Shown piece after piece: positions 1 through 9,710 of a stretch of 64,000 nt of DNA. The stretch lies in contig OZ242383.1 in NCBI GenBank assembly GCA_965209155.1, positions 2,816,001 through 2,880,000 on the forward strand, written 5' to 3'. Origin of the DNA: a bacterium (GTDB taxonomy: Bacteria > SAR324 > NAC60-12). The position numbers and the translations under genes were made by a program. The notes below the pieces were generated by a model, which was not told where the DNA came from, did no database searches, and saw only the letters and a list, made by a program, of their open reading frames with translations. Numbering within the stretch: the stretch's first letter is position 1; each line of letters begins with the position of its first letter.

Positions 1-596
1 CAGGCTCTCAAGAGGCTGTCGGCAAGCACGCCAATCACAGTGCCTTCTACTTCGAGAGCGCCGCGCATGGATGCCTCATCAACCCCTCTCGCACCTCCCG
101 AAACGACTGAATAACCAGTCTGCGCAGCCCGAGCACCAAACTCATGACTATAGGCCAAATCCTCATTCGTCGCATTGCGGGAGCCTACGACCGCTAAGCC
201 ACCACCGTTGAGTAAGGCCCTGTTGCCGCAACCGAACACGACGGCAGGAGAGTCGGTTCCCAAGCGATCTTTAAATCGTGTCGGGTAATCCGGGTCCGAT
301 TTCGTCATAATCCATAGCCCCACACGTAACCATTTCTCCAGGGCCAGCGCAAGGGCGGAACCGCGATGCATCAGAGCCTCGACACGATTCAGAGTAATGG
401 CCTTGTCTGACCATCCATTTAAGTGTTTATCGAGACTTCCTGTCATCAGGTGCCCCGGGGTCAGAGCGCGCTCTCCAAGCCAACCCGTAAAACGCCCCCA
501 TTCTTTGAGTGTCAATGGCTTGACCGCTTCATTCTTCGTATTTGAAAAATGCGCCGTCAGCAACAAGATCGCCTGTGTATTGCTCGATACCGACAT
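1..596 (-). CDS. dprA: DprA/Smf-family DNA-processing protein, runs off the window edge
   Basis: Hand translation from ATG 596: [17 protein letters not shown]...[14 protein letters not shown]...LAVVGSRNA...[18 protein letters not shown]...IGVLADSL, which contains DprA Rossmann motifs. Not in the ORF track because the stop lies outside the window. Confidence 0.9.
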   Translation of the reverse strand, partial: MSVSSNTQAILLLTAHFSNTKNEAVKPLTLKEWGRFTGWLGERALTPGHLMTGSLDKHLNGWSDKAITLNRVEALMHRGSALALALEKWLRVGLWIMTKSDPDYPTRFKDRLGTDSPAVVFGCGNRALLNGGGLAVVGSRNATNEDLAYSHEFGARAAQTGYSVVSGGARGVDEASMRGALEVEGTVIGVLADSLLRA

Positions 597-704
597 TCCA
601 TCCCCCACGCTCGTCGAGGCCAACGCAACCGGAAAGACCGGCCCACTTCCCACCTGCCGTAATAAGGCGGCCAGTACGGTCATCGTCCACCCGGAATCTA
701 TTTG
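597..704 (-). pseudogene. C-terminal remnant of a phosphoribosyltransferase domain (RecQ-PRTase type)
   Basis: Translates [36 protein letters not shown] in frame with dprA; stop at 705-707 directly upstream. Confidence 0.65.
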
Positions 705-761
705 TCACTCTGGCAAAAGGGATTTACCGAATAGGATGGGATGGACGGAATGGCCGGGCTT

Positions 762-1154
762 TTATTTGAGATTCCATGATTGCAACTCGTGTTCGATAAA
801 AAAATCCACATGGTATTGAAATCGTTCGGTGTCACCCACTCCCTGCCATGATTCTTCACGAAAAGAATCGTAGGTTTGGATGAGAATATAGCGCATTGCT
901 TCCAAAAGATTCTCAGCAGGGATTCCATTTTCATGCAATTTCTCCCTGGCCTTGGTCAATACGGGACGAGGGAGTTTGAGAATATAGCTATCGTTTTCCA
1001 CATGAAATTCAATGAATCCGGATTTTTCAATGATGGCGGTGCCCGTAAAATACGATTCATAAAGGACGTTTCCTTCATCCGCATGAAGCGGATAAATGAT
1101 GAGTGAACAGAAAATAACGAGAAACCATCTTTGAAAAATATTTCCTGAATTCAT
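762..1154 (-). CDS. Hypothetical exported protein
   Basis: ORF with a signal-peptide-like N-terminus (WFLVIFCSLIIYPLHA); start uncertain (1154 or 1175). Confidence 0.6.
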   Translation of the reverse strand: MNSGNIFQRWFLVIFCSLIIYPLHADEGNVLYESYFTGTAIIEKSGFIEFHVENDSYILKLPRPVLTKAREKLHENGIPAENLLEAMRYILIQTYDSFREESWQGVGDTERFQYHVDFFIEHELQSWNLK

Positions 1155-1183
1155 TTCAAAATTCTCCTTCCCCAATCATTAAT

Positions 1184-1363
1184 ATGCGAATCAGGAGTTG
1201 AAATTTAATTTATAAAATCAATAATTTTATAATTATGATGTGTCATGCTGGTCCCGGATCAAGTCCGGGACCAGGATGATCCGGCATCCAAAATATCGCT
1301 CGTATCCCCCCGGATTCCTGGTCAAGCCAGGAATGACACATTTTCCAACTCCTGATTCACGTT
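1184..1363. mobile_element. MITE-like palindromic element A, simplest copy
   Basis: Terminal inverted repeats GCGAATCAGGAGTTG / CAACTCCTGATTCAC; internal hairpins CCCGGATCAAGTCCGGG and TTCCTGGTCAAGCCAGGAA; related copies elsewhere in the window. Confidence 0.8.
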
Positions 1364-1435
1364 CATTAATTTAAAAGACTTAGAAAACAGTCGATTGATA
1401 TTAGTCCCATTTCAAGAGTTGTCAAGAAATTTCCC

Positions 1436-1464
1436 TTGTCATCCACCGGTTTTTTGCATATGTT
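1436..1464 (+). promoter_or_regulatory. Sigma70-type promoter
   Basis: TTGTCA (1436-1441), 17-nt spacer, TATGTT (1459-1464). Confidence 0.5.
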
Positions 1465-1470
1465 GGGCTC

Positions 1471-1606
1471 ATGCAGTGGAACGCAAGCCGGTTTGCCGGG
1501 TTATCCGGTGAATACCAGAGTCCCATTCACAGGCCGGGTGGTGGCCACACCTGGCAAGGACGAAAAGTCGGGACCTCTTCTCAATCCGGTTTGGGCTCAG
1601 TTGCAA
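1471..1606 (+). ncRNA. Structured ncRNA candidate (rod with internal bubble; possibly 6S-like)
   Basis: Nested helices 1472-76/1601-05, 1484-91/1586-93, 1518-24/1570-77 and 1533-40/1548-55, with G-U pairs favouring the + strand; begins just after the promoter. Confidence 0.5.
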
Positions 1607-1666
1607 AAAACCCGATGCCCTGTCTTTAAAGAGCGTCATCTTCTTACATTGTATAGGATGAGGAAA

Positions 1667-2083
1667 ATGAAATTGTCACTTTTGTTCCTGTTTGTTTTTA
1701 TGATTCCTTCCACCATGGTCGCGGCAGACTCTCTTGGTGTCGGCTATGTACGATGTTATGGTGGAGATAGCTGTACCTTCGACACGGCCAATATTCCCGA
1801 AGTTTTTGGTGATAAAATCAACGTACGCGTTGCGGGAGTCGACACTCCGTTAATTAGAGGAAAATGTGAACTCGAGCAATCACGCGCAAAGGAAGCCAGA
1901 GATTTTGTCAGAGCCACGCTTGCCGGAGCAAACCAAATTGACTTGATGTCTTGCAAACGCGGAAAATATTTTCGCCTGGTTTGTAAGGTGATTGTTGATG
2001 GAAAAGACCTGGCGGAAATCTTAGTGGAAAGAGGTTATGCCAGAAAATATGACGGAGGGGAGCGAGGATCCTGGTGTCATTGA
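1667..2083 (+). CDS. Thermonuclease (SNase-like) family exported nuclease
   Basis: Signal peptide, then GGDSCTF, VRVAGVDTP, GKYFRLV, LVERGYA. ATG 1667 follows AGGA; the ORF-track start at 1436 looks over-extended. Confidence 0.85.
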   Translation: MKLSLLFLFVFMIPSTMVAADSLGVGYVRCYGGDSCTFDTANIPEVFGDKINVRVAGVDTPLIRGKCELEQSRAKEARDFVRATLAGANQIDLMSCKRGKYFRLVCKVIVDGKDLAEILVERGYARKYDGGERGSWCH

Positions 2084-2127
2084 GACAGGACAAAGGCCAA
2101 TCTCAATGCTTTCGTCCTCTGACAGAA

Positions 2128-3414
2128 TCACTCGAAAGGAGAGAGGAGCCGGGCCAGGAGACCTCGTTTGCGATTTCGCTTTGTGGTACCAAAACTTCCC
2201 TGTCCGCCGCGCAGTCGGGGATCGAGTAAGTCTCTCACCGCGTCTCCGAACATGTTGAGCGAGTAGACGACAATCGTCAGGGCAAGCCCGGGCCAGAGCG
2301 CCAGCCAGGGTGCTTGCTGCATGTATTCGCTCCCTTCCCGGCTGAGCATGCCGCCCCAACTGGGAATCTGGGCGGGAAGTCCGAACCCGAGAAAGCTCAG
2401 TGACGCCTCGGCAATGATGACACCGCCAATGTTGATCGAGAAAATGATGATGAGAGGCGGCATGATGTTGGGCAGGACATGGCGGACCAGGATATGGCTC
2501 GTAGGGACGCCTACGGCTTTGGCTGCCAGAAAATAGTCATTCTCTTTGATGCCGATCACCGCTCCCCGGACGACCCGGGAGCCGCCGATGCCTCCGGTGA
2601 TCCCCAGGACCACGATGATCTGGAGAAGCCCCTGTCCCACGATGGACATGATGGTCAGCAAGAGCAGCAGTCCGGGGAACGCCATCCATGCGTCGACAAA
2701 GCGTTGTACCGCCAGGTCCACTTTCCCTCCAAGGAATCCGGAAATGACGCCGATCAGGGCAGCCACCACCACATTCAGCGCGGTTGCGGCCAGACCGACA
2801 ATCAAGGAAAGCCGTGCCCCGAAGATGAGGCGGCTCAATAAATCTCGCCCCAGGTGGTCGGTCCCCAAAAGGTACCGGATGGATGAGCCCTGCAGCCGGT
2901 CGGCCAGGTGTAATTTCACATAACCATAGGGGGCCAGCACATCGGCAAAGAAGGCCATGATAATCAAGAGCAAGATGACCATCCCGATGAGGGCATTCTT
3001 GATGACGTGCCGGATCACCACGACCCGCTCCTTGAGCCCCTTGGACCAGGCGGTGCGGATATAGTCCTGCCTTAAGACCTCCAGCATCATCGTGCGCGTC
3101 AGCCGCATAGTGGCCGCCGCCATCGCAGTCCCCAGAATCAGGCTGGGAATGATGAGGATGCCTAGATTCTCCAGCGGATTTTCGGAGAAAGGAATCCACT
3201 TCATCGGCGGCGACCAGCCCCACCAGATGGACGGATAGAGCATCACCATCATGCCTAGCCAGAAGTTCGGCGTGGCCAGGCCGATGACGGCGATAGAGCG
3301 CCCAGCGTAATCAGCGGCGGTATCCTGACGAATCGCCGAGTAGATACCAACCGGCAGCGCGATCAGCAGCCCGATGAGAATGGCCAATAACCCCAGCTCA
3401 AGGCTGATGGGCAA
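2128..3414 (-). pseudogene. Chimeric, 5'-truncated DppB'-DppC ABC permease fusion (partial duplicate)
   Basis: Near-identical to ~5330-6151 plus 6459-6887, joined in frame at 2985/2986; lacks the DppB N-terminus. Confidence 0.8.
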
Positions 3415-3576
3415 TTGATTTTATTGTTCGGATTGCCATCAAAATACGGATGTTATGGAGATGGGTGAACATCATCTTTTCAGGGGATAGCCTACTATTT
3501 CCCATTCTCATGATTGCGGGAAAGAGGGAAAAGTGATAAACCGGAGGAGATTCAAGCAATTCTTTGGAGAAAATAG

Positions 3577-5256
3577 ATGAAACTGCCTTATGGGATCAGC
3601 AATTTTGCCCGTCTGATTGAAGATGGGTATGCTTATGTGGACAAGACGCGCTATATTGAACAATTGGAAAATGAACCGGCGCCCTATCTCTTTTTCTTGA
3701 GACCCCGTCGATTTGGCAAGTCATTGTTCATTTCCATGTTGAGCTACTACTATGGCCTGGAGCACCAGGAACGATTTGATGCTCTATTTGGTTCCTATAC
3801 CATCGGAGCCCATCCCACTCCCCGAGCGAATACCTACCATGTGCTTGATTTTGAGTTCAGCCGGATTGATACCAGTACCCCGGAACACACACAGAAAGGC
3901 TTTTTACAAAATGTGTTGGCAGGAGTCCGCGACTTTGAACAACGCTATGACAGGACCCTTCAAGATTATTCGGATTATGACAATCCGGCTGATGTGCTCA
4001 AAGCCTTCTTTGTCACTCATCGAGACAAAAAGATTTACCTGTTAATTGATGAGTATGATCATTTTGCCAATGAAATCTTGAGTTTTCATTTTGAACATTT
4101 CAGCGACATCATCAGTCGTAACGGCTTTGTCCGAAAATTCTATGAAACCATTAAAGCCGCGACAGGTAAAGGCATTGTGGATCGGTTGTTTGTGACCGGA
4201 GTGACTCCCATCACCCTCGATAGTTTGACCAGCGGGTTCAATATCGCTCAGAATTGCTCTACCCGAAAAGCGACCAATGCAATGATGGGGTTTACCGAAC
4301 AGGAACTCGTGGATTTGATGGAAGCGATGGGTTCATTCGGTCAAATGCAGAGAGACACCGCCATCACGTATTTACGTCAGTGGTATAATGGCTATTTGTT
4401 TCATGCGAAAGCGCCCTCACGAATCTATAATCCCGACATGGTCCTCTATCTTTTTACCACATGGCATCAAGAGGAGGAATATCCCGAGAAGCTGATCGAC
4501 CTCAATATAGCCAGTGATTATGGAAAAATCCGGCGTCTGTTTCAACTGAAAGATCCTGATCAGAACTATCAGGTGATCGATCAGCTGATTCACGATGGAT
4601 TTGTCACCTCTCAATTGACCGAACAGTTTAGTTTTGAACGGGAGTTCACCCGGCAGGACTTTATCAGTTTGCTGTTTTACATGGGCTTCATCAGTATCAA
4701 AGAGGCCCAGTTTAATAATCTACACTTTGTCATTCCCAACTTTGTAATCAAAGGATTGTACTGGGAGTTTTTTCTAGAATGGATCAAAGAGCAAAACGCT
4801 CTGAGTTTTGAAGTGACTGATGTGCGTCAGGCGGTGATGGAGTTAGCACAAAATAATGATCTTCAGCCCTTTCTCAACTTGATTGAAAACACGCTGCAAA
4901 CACTCTCCAACCGGGATTTTATCCAATTTGATGAAAAATACATCAAGGTCTTGTTTGTCGCTTTTGCCAGTCTGGCCAATCTCTATTACATCCAAAGCGA
5001 ACAGGAGAGCGAACAAAAGTATGTCGATGTCCTCTTTCTTCATCGCCCTCCCTATTTCCCCAACTACCAGTTTGCCTTTGAGTTGAAGTATCTCAAAAAA
5101 AGCGAAAGCGCTCAATTGGAAACCACCGTCCAAGCAGCCACGGTTCAGTTACAGGGTTATTTACAAAGTGAAGCTTTGCTACGGTTGGACAACCTGAAAG
5201 CCTATGTGATTGTCTTTGTAGGCCCCGAGGTTATGGCCGTCGAAACCGTTGCTTGA
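3577..5256 (+). CDS. AAA-ATPase-like protein with C-terminal PD-(D/E)XK nuclease domain
   Basis: LPYGI start, Walker A RPRRFGKS, Walker B LLIDEYD, C-terminal YVDV...FELKY. Confidence 0.92.
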   Translation: MKLPYGISNFARLIEDGYAYVDKTRYIEQLENEPAPYLFFLRPRRFGKSLFISMLSYYYGLEHQERFDALFGSYTIGAHPTPRANTYHVLDFEFSRIDTSTPEHTQKGFLQNVLAGVRDFEQRYDRTLQDYSDYDNPADVLKAFFVTHRDKKIYLLIDEYDHFANEILSFHFEHFSDIISRNGFVRKFYETIKAATGKGIVDRLFVTGVTPITLDSLTSGFNIAQNCSTRKATNAMMGFTEQELVDLMEAMGSFGQMQRDTAITYLRQWYNGYLFHAKAPSRIYNPDMVLYLFTTWHQEEEYPEKLIDLNIASDYGKIRRLFQLKDPDQNYQVIDQLIHDGFVTSQLTEQFSFEREFTRQDFISLLFYMGFISIKEAQFNNLHFVIPNFVIKGLYWEFFLEWIKEQNALSFEVTDVRQAVMELAQNNDLQPFLNLIENTLQTLSNRDFIQFDEKYIKVLFVAFASLANLYYIQSEQESEQKYVDVLFLHRPPYFPNYQFAFELKYLKKSESAQLETTVQAATVQLQGYLQSEALLRLDNLKAYVIVFVGPEVMAVETVA

Positions 5257-5290
5257 GGTTATTCCCCATTCATAAAAAATGATCGCGCAC

Positions 5291-6232
5291 TTACCATTTG
5301 AAGGGGTTGATCAGCCGGGTCAGGAGGCCTCGTTTGCGTTTTCCCGTCGCAGCGCCGTAACTGCCCTGTCCGCCGCGCAGTCGGGGATCGAGCAAGTCTC
5401 TCACCGCGTCTCCGAACATGTTGAGCGAGTAGACGACAATCGTCAGGGCAAGCCCGGGCCAGAGCGCCAGCCAGGGTGCTTGCTGCATGTATTCGCTCCC
5501 TTCCCGGCTGAGCATGCCGCCCCAACTGGGAATCTGGGCGGGAAGTCCGAACCCGAGAAAGCTCAGTGACGCCTCGGCAATGATGACGCCGCCAATGTTG
5601 ATCGAGAAAATGATGATGAGGGGCGGCATGATGTTGGGCAGGACATGGCGGACCAGGATTTGGCTTGTAGGGACGCCTACGGCTTTGGCTGCCAGAAAAT
5701 AGTCATTCTCTTTGATGCCGATCACCGCTCCCCGGACGACCCGGGAGCCGCCGATGCCTCCGGTGATCCCCAGGACCACGATGATCTGGAGAAGCCCCTG
5801 TCCCACGATGGACATGATGGTCAGCAAGAGCAGCAGTCCGGGGAACGCCATCCATGCGTCGACAAAGCGTTGTACCGCCAGGTCCACTTTCCCTCCAAGG
5901 AATCCGGAAATGACGCCGATCAGGGCAGCCACCACCACATTCAGCGCGGTTGCGGCCAGACCGACAATCAAGGAAAGCCGTGCCCCGAAGATGAGGCGGC
6001 TCAATAAATCTCGCCCCAGGTGGTCGGTCCCCAAAAGGTACCGGATGGATGAGCCCTGCAGCCGGTCGGCCAGGTGTAATTTCGCATAACCATAAGGGGC
6101 CAGCACATCGGCAAAGAGGGCCACGATAATCAAGAGCAAGATGACCATCCCACTGAAGGTCCCCAGCGGTTTCTCTTGCCACAGCCGGATGAAGAAATCC
6201 GCAAATCGGCTTCGTTGCCTGGACTCACTCAT
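5291..6232 (-). CDS. Peptide/nickel ABC permease, DppC/OppC family
   Basis: LGTDHLGRDLLSRL, EAA-like loop, HVLPN, EASLSFLGFG, LNMFGDAVRDLLDPR. Confidence 0.95.
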   Translation of the reverse strand: MSESRQRSRFADFFIRLWQEKPLGTFSGMVILLLIIVALFADVLAPYGYAKLHLADRLQGSSIRYLLGTDHLGRDLLSRLIFGARLSLIVGLAATALNVVVAALIGVISGFLGGKVDLAVQRFVDAWMAFPGLLLLLTIMSIVGQGLLQIIVVLGITGGIGGSRVVRGAVIGIKENDYFLAAKAVGVPTSQILVRHVLPNIMPPLIIIFSINIGGVIIAEASLSFLGFGLPAQIPSWGGMLSREGSEYMQQAPWLALWPGLALTIVVYSLNMFGDAVRDLLDPRLRGGQGSYGAATGKRKRGLLTRLINPFKW

Positions 6233-7181
6233 AGCGCACCCGCGGGTCCAAATAGGGATAAATCAGGTCGATGAGGAGATTGAACAGCACCACGCCGGTG
6301 GCGAAAAACAGGTTGACTCCGGAGATCAGCGGGTAGTCCCGGTCGGTGAGGGCTTTCACCATGAGACGTCCGAGCCCCGGCAGGTTGAAGATGTTCTCCA
6401 TGATCACCGCCCCCCCGATCAGGATCGGCAACTGCAAGCCGATCAGGGAGACCACCGGGATGAGGGCATTTTTGATGGTGTGGCGTATAATCACGATCCG
6501 CTCCTTGAGCCCCTTGGACCAGGCGGTGCGGATATAGTCCTGCCTTAAGACCTCCAGCATCATCGTGCGCGTCAGCCGCATAGTGGCCGCCGCCATCGCC
6601 GTCCCCAGAATCAGGCTGGGAATGATGAGGATGCCTAGATTCTCCAGCGGATTTTCGGAGAAAGGAATCCACTTCATCGGCGGCGACCAGCCCCACCAGA
6701 TGGACGGATAGAGCATCACCATCATGCCTAGCCAGAAGTTCGGCGTGGCCAGGCCGATGACGGCGATAGAGCGCCCAGCGTAATCAGCGGCGGTATCCTG
6801 ACGAATCGCCGAGTAGATGCCAACCGGCAGCGCGATCAGCAGCCCGATGAGGATGGCCAATAACCCCAGCTCAAGGGTGATGGGCAAGCGACGCAATATC
6901 TTTACCTCTACCGTCTCCCTGCTGCCCACCAGTGAATGACCGAGGCTGCCGTGCAGGACAATACCTCCTAGCCAGCGCCCATACTGCACGTAGGCAGGCA
7001 CGTCTAATCCCAGCATACGCTCCAGCGCCTCACGGTCTACGTCAACCATGAATTCCGTCTTACCCAACATGGAGTCGATGACATCGCCCGGGATGAAGCG
7101 AACCGAAAAAAAGACGATGAGGCTCAAGATGAGCAGGGTGGGGATGATCAGCAATAAGCGCCTGATGATATAGGCTCTCAT
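6225..7181 (-). CDS. Peptide/nickel ABC permease, DppB/OppB family
   Basis: YIIRRLL, QDYIRTAWSKGL, IENIF-like motif, LDPRVRY. Confidence 0.95.
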   Translation of the reverse strand: MRAYIIRRLLLIIPTLLILSLIVFFSVRFIPGDVIDSMLGKTEFMVDVDREALERMLGLDVPAYVQYGRWLGGIVLHGSLGHSLVGSRETVEVKILRRLPITLELGLLAILIGLLIALPVGIYSAIRQDTAADYAGRSIAVIGLATPNFWLGMMVMLYPSIWWGWSPPMKWIPFSENPLENLGILIIPSLILGTAMAAATMRLTRTMMLEVLRQDYIRTAWSKGLKERIVIIRHTIKNALIPVVSLIGLQLPILIGGAVIMENIFNLPGLGRLMVKALTDRDYPLISGVNLFFATGVVLFNLLIDLIYPYLDPRVRYE

Positions 7182-7223
7182 CTCACACTCCTTATCGTGG
7201 CAAGTTAAGCCCTATTTTAGTAT

Positions 7224-7328
7224 GTTCCCCCCTTTCGCAAAGGTGGGCCGGGAGGGCAGGGACGAGGGGGGATTTCATCGTACAAACCACGTAAAATCCC
7301 CCTAAGTCCCCCTTTTTCAAAGGGGAAC
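7224..7328. repeat. REP-like long palindrome between the SBP and permease genes
   Basis: GTTCCCC...GGGGGATTT / AAATCCCCC...GGGGAAC inverted arms with CCTTT..AAAGG hairpins. Confidence 0.75.
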
Positions 7329-7339
7329 TTGTTCCAGCA

Positions 7340-9190
7340 CTAATGCCCCATTTCTTTCTTCAGGTCCTGATCGATCCAGAGGCGGGTGAGGATGAGACTA
7401 TCCTCATTGGGTCCGAGATCGAATTCACCATTGTAGCCTTTGACCCATGGCCAGAGCACCCACCACTGGGGAGCTTTGGGGCCCCATATCTGCCAGTGTT
7501 GCTCGATCGTGTGCATATCCGCCTCTTTCATCAGCCGCTTTTGCTCCTCAAAGCTGGTCGCGGCCAGGGCGGCGTCGACCTTGGCGTCCAACTCGGGCCA
7601 CTGATGTAAGGGGCGGTTCCATTGAGCGTCCGAGCGATACCAGGTTACTGTCATGGAAGGGTCATAAGTGGTGCCCGCAATGCTGCCCATGATGCCTTCA
7701 TAATCACGTGCGAACATATCTTCATGATATTGGGCCCAGTCCGTAAATACATTAAGCTCAACCTCGACGCCAATCTCAGACCAGTACGCGGAAGCGATTT
7801 CTGCATAGCTTGAATTCAGGAGGACCCTCACGGGGGTCTTGAAACCATTGGGATAGCCCGCTTCCGCCAGCAGCTGCTTCGCCCCTTCAGGGTCATACCG
7901 ATAGCCCTTCTTGACATCTTCGGGCCACTCTTCAAAGGGGACGTAATATCCTTTCACCCCGATCATCCCCTGAGGGGTCGGATCAGCCTGACCCTTATAG
8001 AACGTATTGGCAATGGTCTCCACATCGAGGGCCATCTGCATGGCCTTGCGCACGCGGAGATCGTCAAAAGGCGGCTTGCGCACGTTAGCAGCAAAGGCGG
8101 CACTCGACCGAAAATAATGCTTGTGCAGCACGACGTCGGGATGGGTCTGCCGGAGACTCTCTGCCGAGTCAATTGAACTCATCCAACCCCCTGAAGGACC
8201 TCTGAGATCAAGCTTGCCTGAGCGCAGTGCCGACATCAGGGTGGCTTCCTCTGGAATCAACAGATACTCTAACTTATCAATATAGGGTAACTGGTTCTGC
8301 GGATACTTTTCGTCATGACCCCAGTAGTCCGGATTTCGGGTCCGGGTGACCGAGCTTCCCTCGACCACGTCGGTTAGCAGAAAAGGTCCGGTGCCGGCCA
8401 TGTTTCTCCAATCCTTGACGTCCCCATATTGCTGGATGACCTCGGGGGGCATGATGTAAGTAAAGTAGTTGAGGGTAATAATGTGAAACGCGGAGAGGAA
8501 GGGCTCCTTGAGCTTCATGACGACCGTCGCATCGTCGCTGGCCGTGATCGACTCGAAGGGGATGCCATTGAGGAGGGCAGCGCCACCAAAGGGAGTCGGT
8601 CCGGCCTCGCTGAAGTCGCCCAGACCCAGCATACGGTGAAAGGTATACTCGACATCCTGCGCCGTCAGCAGACGGCCATTCATTGGGGGCTTATTGTGCC
8701 AGCGCACGCCTTGACGGATGTGGAAGACAATCGTTTTGTCGTCGGGCATTTCCCAGCTTTCCGCCAGTCTCCCTGTGATGGCGGACATGGGGAGCGGGTG
8801 TCCCGATTTCAAGTCCCATTCGTCTCTGGAGACTCCCCAGTTGCCGACAGCCAACTTCTCCACGAGGCCCGTGAGTTGAGGGTCTGTCCAGCCGTAATAG
8901 GGGTCCCAATTCCATGCCAGTCCTCTGGTAGCGTAAGTCAGTGTCCCGCCATATTGAGGAGCCTCCACCATTTCACCAGTGCTGGGGTCTTTGACCATCT
9001 CGGCAGCCATCGCTGCCGAACTGACCCCGAGAACGGCCACCACCAGGATGAGGGTCAGCAACCAAAATTGCATCCCCGCTCCCTGCTTTCGCAGGGACAA
9101 GTTTGCGAGGACAAGTTTTTGTACGGCAGACCAGGAGCCTGCCGGGTTCAGCCTCGCGATGGAGGCAACAAATTTCTTTTCAGTACTCAT
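7340..9190 (-). CDS. Family 5 ABC substrate-binding protein
   Basis: PQYGGTL, LAESWE, GTGPF, AKQLLAEAGY; start uncertain (9190 or 9073). Confidence 0.93.
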   Translation of the reverse strand: MSTEKKFVASIARLNPAGSWSAVQKLVLANLSLRKQGAGMQFWLLTLILVVAVLGVSSAAMAAEMVKDPSTGEMVEAPQYGGTLTYATRGLAWNWDPYYGWTDPQLTGLVEKLAVGNWGVSRDEWDLKSGHPLPMSAITGRLAESWEMPDDKTIVFHIRQGVRWHNKPPMNGRLLTAQDVEYTFHRMLGLGDFSEAGPTPFGGAALLNGIPFESITASDDATVVMKLKEPFLSAFHIITLNYFTYIMPPEVIQQYGDVKDWRNMAGTGPFLLTDVVEGSSVTRTRNPDYWGHDEKYPQNQLPYIDKLEYLLIPEEATLMSALRSGKLDLRGPSGGWMSSIDSAESLRQTHPDVVLHKHYFRSSAAFAANVRKPPFDDLRVRKAMQMALDVETIANTFYKGQADPTPQGMIGVKGYYVPFEEWPEDVKKGYRYDPEGAKQLLAEAGYPNGFKTPVRVLLNSSYAEIASAYWSEIGVEVELNVFTDWAQYHEDMFARDYEGIMGSIAGTTYDPSMTVTWYRSDAQWNRPLHQWPELDAKVDAALAATSFEEQKRLMKEADMHTIEQHWQIWGPKAPQWWVLWPWVKGYNGEFDLGPNEDSLILTRLWIDQDLKKEMGH

Positions 9191-9577
9191 ATAAACCTCT
9201 TTTGATTGAGGGTTGAGAGAACGATTCACCCCACCCGGGACGAATCGGGTTTTCGCAGCAGACACAACGTCTGCCACGTTCAGCCCAACGAAGCGGGCCA
9301 GAACTTAAGATTCATTGGATCCTCTTCTTACAATTGAGCAATGAAATATCGTACGCTCTTCAGCACGAATGTCGAGTTGCGCTTCCGATTCTCGTATTGA
9401 TTCGATGCGTTGTCTTAAAAAATCCTTTGACATTCTTGGTCAATGCGCCTAAAAATACCTGTCACGCTTTAAAAAAGAGAAGCATCGAGAAAAACGGCAA
9501 TGAAGAATTCAGTCGTATTTCCATTTAAAAAAAGCGTTCACGCCTCCCGGGCGGATATCGGAAAAATATCCTTTGTT

Positions 9578-9653
9578 GGGTCGGTAGCTCAGTTGGTAGA
9601 GCATCTGACTTTTAATCAGGTGGTCCAGGGTTCGATTCCCTGCCGACCCACCA
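9578..9653 (+). tRNA. tRNA-Lys(TTT)
   Basis: GGGTCGG acceptor stem, anticodon loop CTTTTAA, GGTTCGATTCC T-arm, CCA end. Confidence 0.97.
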
Positions 9654-9710
9654 ACAAAATCAAAAAAAAAGTTTGGCGGACATCCTCGAGGACGCTTTCA
9701 GCTGAATTCA

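Noticed and set aside
397..819. Plus-strand ORFs over dprA and the many antisense ORFs in GC-rich genes
   Set aside because: Shadow frames of well-supported opposite-strand genes
1436..1666. N-terminal extension of the thermonuclease ORF
   Set aside because: The signal peptide and RBS point to ATG 1667; the upstream DNA looks like a promoter plus structured RNA
9578..9653. tRNA-Lys (or the other tRNAs) as a prophage/island attachment site
   Set aside because: No integrase and no duplicated tRNA 3' end found by eye
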